Assembly: GCA_964016885.1 (NCBI GenBank)
Contig: CAXHJY010000604.1
Location: forward strand, 1-64,000
Direction: 5' to 3'
Source: Eledone cirrhosa
Taxonomy: Eukaryota
Length of the DNA stretch: 64,000 nt
Of this stretch, positions 55,101-64,000 are shown piece after piece. Each line of letters opens with the position of its first letter. Position 1 is the first letter of the stretch. A program made the translations under genes and the position numbers. The notes beneath the pieces were generated by a model. That model was not told the DNA's origin, did no database searches, and saw only the letters and a list, made by a program, of their open reading frames with translations.

Positions 55101-58011
55101 TGAATGGGATGATATTTTATCTAAAGCTACTGAAGAAGAACTGGTAGATTTAGCAGGTAAACTATCCACTTATTTATGGCTAACATTGTAATATTGCTGT
55201 CATCACATTAAATCGCTTAATTTTTCTTGGTTTTAATGATCAAATAATTAAGTTAAAGATATAGAAGATACAATTAGCATGCAGACATGGCTGTGAATAT
55301 AAGAAATTCATTCCACAACAATATGGTTTTCTGTTCTGTTCTACTGCATGGTACATTATGCAAGTGTTTTTCGATATAGCCTTTAGCCAACTAATACATT
55401 GTTAGTGGAATTGCTACATGGAAATTGAAGAAGCCTGTCATATATATATATATATATACTAGTCCCTCCTGTAAGGTGGTCATGCTGGTGATATGACAAA
55501 AAACACCAAGTCCATCCTGCTAGGTGGCCATTTTGGTGCCACGATAAAAAGCACCCAGTCCATGGTTAGCATTAGAAACCTAGCTAAAATACATATCCAT
55601 AGGAACATGACGTGATCACTAAATTGTCTCATAATGTGACAACCCATCTAATCATGGAGAAGGGATGTTAAATAATACTGATGATCCCTCATTGACAGAA
55701 TGCCTATAGTTCAGTGATTAGACATGTGAAGATCTATACTTTGCTTTAAAAAATAAACCAAGAGAGTGTTGCCATTTGGCAGTAGCATAACAGCCTTTAA
55801 CCCTTTAATGGTCAAACCGGCCAAAATTCTCTACCTTTTTCTGTTGAAACTGGTTGTAACTGGTCACTCAAACTGATGTTAAGGTATTGTTCTCAAAATA
55901 AATACTTTCAAAATCTCATAGATTCGATATTATGTGAGATAATTATGCGAGGTAAAGCATTTACCATGAAAATATAAAAGTATATATAGAGTAATGTGAA
56001 TTCTAAAGGTTAAAAGTCTAATTGAACCCATACTAGCATAAAAAAAAACAAATACATATAAAAACAGTTATGGTAATGATTTATGTAAATTTGAATTTTT
56101 AATGACAAAATGTTAAATTTCATTTCATTGTAGCTGTGCTTGGATTCCATGGTATGTTGAATCAAGTTCAGTTTAATGCATCCATAGAAGATAAAGAGAT
56201 TGTTGGTGGATTCGCTGGTAAGTAACAATGTTTTATATACTTGCTACGCTTTTTTTATTAACCTTTTCCTTGCATATTTCTAATGAAACTGTCTGTTTCA
56301 ATTAATATTGAATATAATCAAAAATTTTGGGGAATTTAGTAAAATAACTTTTTCATTATTGAATTGATGTATGTAACATAACTTACATAAAATCATGATA
56401 GAAGGTTTTAATATAAAAAAAGAGCACTTTAAAATGGGCTGTTTTTTGTATGACAGATCTAGGGGTGGTTTCAGTCAGGCTGGTATCAAAAGGGTTACAT
56501 ATACTATTTCCTACTCGCGTATAGGTCGCCCCGGCAGATAAGTTGCATACCCACTTTTCATTTAACAAATAGGCTATTTGCCATTGACTCGCAGATAGGT
56601 CGCACTGATATTTGGGCCGTCAAACTAGTATTTTTTATGATAATTGAAACTAATAATCTGTTAGCTTTCCATTACTTCATCATTGTGATATATACTCCAA
56701 ACCATGTTTTATTTATAAAATAAACATCGTCATCGTGATCGAAATTTCGTCAATTCAAGATTACTGCGAGATAAAGCCTTTAATCGCGAAAATTAACTCT
56801 TAATATAGTGAAACAACTTGAAATAAAACGTGTTTTTTAATGTTGAAAGTATAACAGATTTTTTGCGTATCAACATGGCTTCCCAAAGTAGCGAATACTG
56901 ACTTTGAAGGTTTTACATGCGACGACATTCAAAATCAAAAAGAAACACAAGATAATATTAGTGATTTATCTTCAAATGAATCAGACGTATTTATTTCTGA
57001 CGATGATAGTTACTTTGAAAGTGAAAGCGAAGATCTGACGGACACCATTGAAAATATTAAAGCAATGTGGTTGAAAGATACAACACCAATACATGTTCAC
57101 ATCTGTTAATGAGCTTATATATTGGGAACATTCTGTTAGGTAAATTTACACCGTACATTGCAAATATTATTTTGACTGGTGAAAAGGTTTTATACATTTT
57201 TTTTAAAGAAAATATTTGCCTGGAATGTAGAGAAAGACTAAAATCTTGTACTGATTATATCTGCATTTTTAATTAATTCACCTGTTCGGAAAACTGCTAG
57301 ATTTCAACTATCAACTTTTCTCACTTGCTAATTTTGAAAAGAAACGCCACATACAATAATCTGTTTCCTGTTAAAGTAAATACGTCACAATACGTGTTCA
57401 TAGCAACGCTAAGACAATAAAATCACATTTTAAATACCGGGTATGCATTTCTATGGATTTTAATGACGGACGGTTTGGTCATATAGAAAAAAACGTAAAC
57501 ACTACGAAGTTTTCGTAAAAAATTTAAAATCAAGAAATATATGTATAAGAAGGTAGATATATGAAATTATTATGTTAAATAATAAACAATATTAACAAAA
57601 TATAAGTATTAACAAAGTTATTTTTATAAATACCCATCATTGATTAAGTCTATGAAAAATCATTGGTCAGTCTGATGTCGATCGGATAGGTCGCACCCCA
57701 AAAATTTATACTTATTTATCGTTAAAAAGGGCGACCTATACGCGAGTATATACGGTAATTCTCATCCTTTCATTGCGGTTGTCTTCCTTAGTATGAAGAG
57801 TTCCTACTTCAATACTGTCTTTCCTTGAACATTTGCCTTATGGAACCTTTCTTCCTTCCTTCTTGTTTAACACACACACACACACATACATATAATAATA
57901 ATAATAATGAAATATTGTGTACAGTGCTCAGGTGCACTACAACTCATCAAAAAGTGTATGTCTAGTACATAGGGTGATGTACAAACATCAGGAAAATGAA
58001 CACATACATAC

Positions 58012-58042
<31 letters not shown>

Positions 58043-61000
58043 AACAAACATTCGGTGAATCGAATTATGGAAATGAAGCTTTGAGGGAATATAATGTTCA
58101 TAGAAAAATGGAAAAATAAAATGTGAGAAATACCTGTTAAAACAACTGAATGCCATTAATAATAACAGTATAGAAGCTAGGTAAAAATACTCCTAAGGAT
58201 GGAAAATAGTGGCCAGTGGCCACTCTGGACGAATGAATTCCATATCTTCCAACCTACTTGCCATCAAAGCTGTGAGGTCTTCACTTCTATATGCCAACAC
58301 ACTCCTCTCTTAATCATCTGTACTTTCTTCCTGTCCCTTTTAGCTTCTTCTCTTTTCACAGCTACCGCTTCTGGAAGATATGGAATTTGTTTCTCTGTAG
58401 CGGCTACTAGCCACTATTTTCCAAACTTAGGGGTGTTTTTACCCAACTTCCATGCTATTATTATTAACAGCATTCGGCTGTTTTAACAGCTAGTTCTTGC
58501 ATTTGAGTTTCCCATTATCAAGACAGTGGTGTTTTGATAATTGTTTCTACTTTTGGCACAAGACCAGCAATTACCCCAGTGCATTACTGGTGCTTTAGCG
58601 CTGTTTTAATAATTGTTTCTATTTTTGGCACAAGGCCAGCAATTATCCAGTACATTACTGGTACTTTATTTTATCGACCCCGTAAGGATGAAAGGCAAAG
58701 AACCATCAGTCAGAAACAGTTGACTGTGGGCAGATTACCCACTCCTGTTACTGCTGGAATCCACCTGGTGGCACTAGCCATCAGCTTCCAAAATTCATAG
58801 CTAAAAGGCTTTCAAATTTTTTATTCATAAACATACCCTATATCATTAGATATATAAATACACATACCTATATTTAAATATTTTCTTTTATTCTACTTAT
58901 TCTTCTTCTTGGTTAAATATATTTCTTCAAGTACCTTTCCAAATATATGTTTATTATCTGAAAACACATTGGTAGAGCATCGGGCACCATGCTTTGCAGC
59001 ATTTAAGTTCTGAGTTCAAATACCGCCATGGTTAGCTTTGCCTTTCATCCTTACAGGGTCGATAAAATAACGCACTGGGGGTCAATTTGATTGACTTTCA
59101 TTGACTTGTGCCTAAATTAGAAACCATTATCTGAAAACACATGTATATAATTACAAAATTTACATTTTGTAAACTTCGTTTTGGTTATATGGTAGACGTT
59201 GCCAATTTTAGACTCTACTTTATGTGAAACATCAACTCAGTTGAAACTTGACATTATCTGTTGTTATGTGGAGTTCATACATGCATTCTTGCAGTATTTG
59301 TTTTGACTCATTGCATTCTGAATTCAACTTCTGCAGTGACCTACTTGGGTGGTAGACTTAATCCATTGTCTGGTTTAACACCGCTATCTAACCTTTGGAT
59401 GGCTTTAGCAGAGTCCACTCTGTTGCAAATCTCCAACTTGAAACTATTTTTCTTCTCTCCCACCTATCTTGAAGACCCTGGAAAGTATCATGGGCACTGC
59501 TCTTCCTTCCTTTTTTTAAATAGTAATAAAAAAAAGTACCTACTATAAGAAAATTACCTACTTCCGTTTTTTTAATAAAGATCAATATTAAATGTAATAT
59601 AAGAAAGTAGGGATCTTTTCTTCTATGTGTCCTTTTAACTTTGTTTCTGCATACTTAAAACAAATCTGTATACATATTTCTAAATTACATATAAAGTTGT
59701 TATTAATACAGTTGTATATAAAAATTGTAATAATTATGAACATTGGAAAAACCTGAGATTTTAAATGTAATCATCCCAATGTAAATGACTATAAATAATA
59801 GTTTTAAAAAATTGTGTATGGGGATGACAAAAACTGGACCCCCAGTTACTTTACCTGATTTTCTTAACTATTATTCATAGTGCTTGACCTTTCTATTGTC
59901 ATTCACATTGGGTCAACTACATTTCAAATTGTAATATATATGTTTATTATCTTCTTTTTATGTTTCTCAATAAAGGCGTTGCCAAAGCTGAGGATTTAAG
60001 AGTTTTCGAAGAATTGACTCCTAATACTACTGACTATGAAGAAAGTTTAAAAAGACTGAGGGATAATGATCCAAAGTTGAAGCATCTTAATCTTAACAAT
60101 ATTAAGGCAAGACTAATTTCTATAAATCAGCATTTATTTATAACGTACATTTTCTTTAATTTCTAATCAATAAAAATTATTTTCTAAAATTAAAATTTTA
60201 AGTTTACTTGTATTCACCAATTCAAATTTTTAACCACTAGCCTTGTAAGAAAAATTTAATATCAGTATGATTGCAGTTTGTAAGCCTTGGTGTGAAAATT
60301 TTGACAAATGTTTGTTTTGTTTTCCATACACAGAAAAACATTAGAGATTGCTGTACATGTTTCACAGCTAATTCATTGTTCATCAGTAGACAAGTACCTT
60401 TATTTTATGTCTACAAATATTCATGTTCCAATAAACTTGTATCTTTGCCTTCTTTGAGGTTTCTTGTGTCATGAAACTTTATTTTATCTTTTCCAGGGCA
60501 TTCCAAAAGAAAAGTTGATAGAAATAGTTGAAGCATTAAAGACAAACACACATCTAGAAATTTTAGAGATGGCTAGTGTTGACGCTACAGATTTTGTGGC
60601 TAAGGTGAAATTTCCTTTATTTTCAATCATCATCATCATCTCCTCTTTCTCAAACACATCTTTCAGAGAGTTCTGTCAAGAGCAACTGTCTCCAAATGAT
60701 TCAGCTGCATCCCTAAGCAAGCCTAACCTATGTTATGGATGTTATCCATAAATAAAATATGATGTAGCCAGAAAATATGCAATCAGTTGGCTTTGTCCAT
60801 AAAATATGTACTGCGATTCTTTCCTTTGACATTCTAACTACATATTTAATGAAATGATAAATCTTAATTAAATTCTCTGCGTGGTTAAGAAATTCACTTT
60901 ACAATGATAAAAATTCCAGCATCACTCCTACTGCATGACATCTTGAGCATGTGTATTTTATCCTAGCCACAAGTTGTCCTAAGTCTTGTGAGTGAAATAG

Positions 61001-62686
61001 GGTAGATGGTAACAGTTTGGAAACCTATCGGATGGATTGTACCTATAATTCAAAAGTCCAGCCTTGTCACCGTGTCACACTGATTCTGCCTGAGAAATTA
61101 CGAGAAAGGCATACATCGTCATCACCATTTAGCATCCATTTTTCCATGCTAACATGGGTTAGATGAGTTGTCTAATTGTGAGAAAAGTCAGATCAGGTGA
61201 CAGTGTCTTGCTTTACAGAACTGGTTCTGGCTTGGTTTCTAGAGCTGGATGCCCATCCTAACTTCCTAATGCCAACCACATTTACAGTGTGTACTGCGTG
61301 CTTTTTGTTGTGACACCTACCAACTTTACAATGTGGGCTGGGTGTTTTTTGTCATGACACCTACATGACCACTTTACAGTGTGGACTGGACACTTTTTGT
61401 TTTGAGTTTTACATTATCACTTTACAGTGTGGGCTGGGGGCTTTTTGTCGTGGCACCAAAACCACCGTTTTACAGTGTGGACTGGGGATTGTTTGTGGAA
61501 TACTCAGCCACACACTTTATGTTACAAGAACGACTATTTGTAATTCAATAGTCTAGTCTTGTCACATATTATGTCACACTGATTCTGCTGGTGAAATTAC
61601 AATAAGAGTACACATATCTGTGGAATACTCAACCACTTACATTCATTTGATTGAACAACTGAATGCTCATCGTTGAAATCAATGGAGGATCCATCATCAT
61701 CACATCTTGTTGATTTGGAATTGATGAAAGAATTATCCCTCCTTAGACTTCTTATTTATTTCCAAATTAAGATTTAAACACTTGTGGTTTATAGGTTTAA
61801 ACAATTACAGTCTATTAGCTTCACAGAGCTAGACAATGAAAATATAATGTAAAATTATCTGATATTTTCTTTAATAATATATCTATTTTTCTCTCGGCAG
61901 GCATTAGGAGAATCCTTGAAGGATAATAAAACATTGCAGATCTTAAATGTTGAGTCAAATTTCATTTCTGGAGAATCAATTGTTGAAATACTAAAAGGAG
62001 TTGCCAGCCATAAAGCATTAAAAGAGCTAAGAGTGGAAAACCAGGTAAGAAAGTAATTTATTTCTATAGAAACAGGTTTCATTGAAATATAGCTGGAGAA
62101 GGGTTGGTGAATGAGGAGTATATAATTGGGAAAAACTAACCCAAGTAAATTAAACACAAGGGGCAGCTCTTGAAATAGCCAATCATTTCCTAGCGCCAAT
62201 CATTTCAGAGCATGTACCTGGTTTGTTTTCTCATTGTACCACCTATACTACTTGGCAGAGTGGACTGGGTGCTTTTTGCTTGGCACCAGCATTACCACTT
62301 TACTATTAAATGTTCTCAGTACATGCTATAAAGTGGTTGGCATTTAGACAGAAACCAAGTCAAAATCGGAGCATATAAGCAAAATATAGTCACCTGACTG
62401 GTTTAGTTTCAGTATCTGATGGATCATCTGACCCATGCAAGCATGGGAAATAGACATTAAACAGTGGTGATGCTGATGGGTTTCCACAGTATATAATTTA
62501 TTTGTTATATGTTATAAATTCTGTTATTTCTTCTGTAGAAACCAACACTTCTGGGTAATCAAGTAGAGATGGCTATTACCAAACTTGTTGAAGCTAATGA
62601 CACTTTGCTTCGGTTTGGAATTTGGTTTGAGTATCCTGATGCCAGAGTCAGAGTCCAGGACAAAATTCAGAAAAACAATGATTTAA
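45959..62686 (+). CDS. tmod: Tropomodulin (actin pointed-end capping protein), multi-exon coding span, 8 exons; last exon not located
   Basis: Exons 45959-46105, 54069-54225, 55037-55156, 56134-56217, 59976-60106, 60497-60604, 61901-62044 and 62539-62686 join with matching phases into 346 codons + 1 nt with no stop. Hallmark motifs: DDLLKGLTEAEVEEL..DPDNSLLPPSQRCRDQT, ATEEELVDLAAVLGFHGM, LNLNNI, LNVESNFISG, LRVENQ..LGNQVEM, KNNDL. Confidence 0.96.
47803..48019. mobile_element. TTAA-flanked MITE, same family as 10177-10682, opposite orientation
   Basis: TTAA-CTCTTAATATCC ... GGATGTTAAGTG-TTAA. Confidence 0.65.
51350..53165 (+). mobile_element. Heavily decayed RTE LINE (RT domain)
   Basis: RGIKL, QFGFMSRRSTTDA, FMDLEKAFDRVP, GSVLSLLLF, ELLYA and WVHKRCSG remnants with many stops. 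Confidence 0.88.
53166..53523 (+). mobile_element. CR1-like LINE 3' fragment nested in the RTE
   Basis: Matches the reverse complement of 24274-24625; GAGTTGTAGTGCACCTGAGCACTGTACACAAT followed by (TAT)n. Confidence 0.88.
53630..53830 (+). mobile_element. tRNA-derived SINE, family 3 (relatives 12160-12360 minus, 18550-18690 minus, 63570-63830)
   Basis: TGGCCTACTGGTTAGG A-box, GGTTCGATTCC B-box, then TCTTGAGCAAAACACTT..TTGCTCCA.TCCACTCA. Confidence 0.7.
54069..54225 (+). CDS. tmod: Tropomodulin coding exon B (NSLLPPSQRCRDQTSKLPTGPLNRKKLLAFLEKKAKEEKDWEEAKPYTGEKKG)
   Basis: ttccAG acceptor, GT donor, 157 nt, phase 0/1; LLP..R..QT.K.PTG and PYTGEKKG motifs. Confidence 0.95.
54272..54570 (+). mobile_element. 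RTE LINE 3' coding fragment
   Basis: LREKLGIRGI..VQERRLHWYG..GRPRNT. Confidence 0.8.
55037..55156 (+). CDS. tmod: Tropomodulin coding exon C (KAYVPKEPPKIENIVDEEVQTEWDDILSKATEEELVDLA)
   Basis: cacAG acceptor, GTAAAC donor, 120 nt, phase 1/1; lies within ORF 55009..55191. Confidence 0.95.
56134..56217 (+). CDS. tmod: Tropomodulin coding exon D (AVLGFHGMLNQVQFNASIEDKEIVGGFAG)
   Basis: ttgtAG acceptor, GTAAGT donor, 84 nt, phase 1/1; completes the DLAA.LG.H motif; absent from the ORF track. Confidence 0.93.
56262..56494. mobile_element. TTAA-flanked piggyBac-like MITE family (other copies about 41395-41543 and 62772-62984; fragments near 42715, 44970, 46180)
   Basis: TTAACC(C)TTT..ATATTTCTAATGAAA ... 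GGTATCAAAAGGGTTA termini recurring through the window. Confidence 0.6.
56504..57755. mobile_element. Non-autonomous Tc2/pogo-type DNA transposon
   Basis: Inverted termini TACTCGCGTATAGGTCGCCC / GGGCGACCTATACGCGAGTATATACGG-TA; subterminal GATAGGTCGCAC repeats. Confidence 0.8.
57893..58002 (-). mobile_element. CR1-like LINE extreme 3' end
   Basis: (TAA)n TGAAATATTGTGTACAGTGCTCAGGTGCACTACAACTC, as at 24274-24330. Confidence 0.85.
58970..59125 (+). mobile_element. tRNA-derived SINE, family 1 variant with 17-bp TSD
   Basis: ATTATCTGAAAACACAT at 58953-58969 and 59126-59142. Confidence 0.85.
59976..60106 (+). CDS. tmod: Tropomodulin coding exon E (VAKAEDLRVFEELTPNTTDYEESLKRLRDNDPKLKHLNLNNIK)
   Basis: AAG acceptor after a pyrimidine tract; 131 nt, phase 1/0; ends at a non-canonical AAG|GCAAGA donor; start of the LRR domain. 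Confidence 0.92.
60497..60604 (+). CDS. tmod: Tropomodulin coding exon F (GIPKEKLIEIVEALKTNTHLEILEMASVDATDFVAK)
   Basis: ttccAG acceptor, AAG|GTGAAA donor, 108 nt, phase 0/0; LRR. Confidence 0.95.
61901..62044 (+). CDS. tmod: Tropomodulin coding exon G (ALGESLKDNKTLQILNVESNFISGESIVEILKGVASHKALKELRVENQ)
   Basis: ggcAG acceptor, CAG|GTAAGA donor, 144 nt, phase 0/0; LNVESNFI signature. Confidence 0.96.
62539..62686 (+). CDS. tmod: Tropomodulin coding exon H (KPTLLGNQVEMAITKLVEANDTLLRFGIWFEYPDARVRVQDKIQKNNDL)
   Basis: ctgtAG acceptor, GTAAGT donor, 148 nt, phase 0/1; LGN.VEM and NNDL motifs. Confidence 0.95.
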
Positions 62687-64000
62687 GTAAGTATTTGTTA
62701 TTGTTTTTATTATGTCACATCTTTGTTTTTTTTTTCATAAGAGAAATAATAAGAAGACAGTTGAGGGTTAACTCTTTTGTGGCCATATTTCTAATGAAAT
62801 ACATTGTATTTCATTTATAACATATCTTGACTAAAAATTCATCATCATTGTCATCTAACATCTATTTTCCACACTATATATCAAATTATATTGGAAGGTT
62901 TTGATTTAGATAGGAACCCTTTAAAACTAGTGGCATGGTTTGATAGAACCAGAGACGGTTTTAGGTGGATTAGTATCAAAAGGGTTAAGGTATATCACTA
63001 CGAAAATTGTATTAAAGTTGATTACCACACTTTGACTCATGTAGTCGATTTAATCTGTCCATTCTGTTTAACATCACTACCTAGTAGTAGCTTGTAGATT
63101 TAATCTGTCACCCAGTTTAACACCAGCACCTAGCCCTTGGCTGGTAGACTTAATCTGTCACCTACCATTCTGTTGCAAGTATTTGAACCAGGTCTCTGGT
63201 TTGAGGATACCTCCCATCTTTTCAGGAGCAGTGAAAAGGGTCATAGGCATTACCTTTCCTTCCTTTCCCTGATTAAATAGTGAAGAAAAAACAAACTCCT
63301 ATTCTAGTTGAGACATTCTATCTATTTAAATATTGTTTCTATAATCACAGTTTGGTTGATATGGAGAAATATATTTAAATCTAAACTTTCTAACTACCAA
63401 TTTGTGAAATTATGAATTTTCAAATGTATTCAACCCACTCCTTTCAGTGAGAGAAAAATCTTTAAAATACTATTAGTCACATAAACTGACATTTTTTTCA
63501 GCTGGGCAGAGTTGAAAAGGCTTTGTTAATTATTTTTATATTTTTATAAATGTTAAAGTAAAGTGAAAGTGTGCAGTCTAGTGTTTAGGGTGTTGGTTTC
63601 ACAGTTATAAGGTCATGAGTTTGATATGAGTTAAGTGATGCATGGCTCTTCATTTCACATTGCTCCTATCCACTCAATTGAAAACAAAATGTGTGCCAGT
63701 AGTTTGCCTTAGGATGGACTGACATCTCAGGCAAGGAAAGTAGGGCGTCATGTATACTCAGTTGCTTAATGCTACATGAAGCTGGAATAATCTCCAGCCT
63801 GATGAGCCTCTAGATTCAAGTAACATTAGTAGTATAAATTTTTTTATTCTAGGGGTTTATGTCAACCTTAAACTATAGTGTAAGATACTTGCCGAAGATT
63901 CCACATATTGGTACCAAACCTAGAGTCTCATGATTGCAAAAGTGAACTTTTTAACTATGTGGCCATTTTGCATCATGTTTACAAATAAATCTCTTATTAA

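Noticed and set aside
62687-62820. Hydrophobic, transmembrane-like C-terminal read-through of tropomodulin exon H
   Set aside because: A strong GTAAGT donor sits at the expected position, and T-rich intron sequence trivially translates as hydrophobic.

Overview
AT-rich, repeat-dense eukaryotic genomic DNA. The SINE/RTE/CR1 repeat types suggest a coleoid cephalopod, probably an octopus (inference, not verified). The only host gene I can support is a + strand tropomodulin: eight coding exons between 45959 and 62686 splice in frame (1039 nt). One intron has a GC donor, a candidate ATG-terminated first exon ends at 34177, and the last exon is not confidently located. The rest is intronic/intergenic: about 3.8 kb of (TA)n-type microsatellite, decayed RTE, CR1 and Penelope-like retroelements, several tRNA-derived SINE families including a 7-copy head-to-tail array fused to a U2 snRNA 5' fragment, three non-autonomous Helitrons, a full-length but disabled DD35D pogo-superfamily transposon, a mariner remnant, hAT- and piggyBac-like MITEs, fold-back elements and minisatellites. 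I found no unequivocal new biological system. The best leads are the structured candidate 5' exon, the U2-SINE array, the cargo-swapped Helitrons and the intronic dsRNA-forming elements. All alignments were done by eye.
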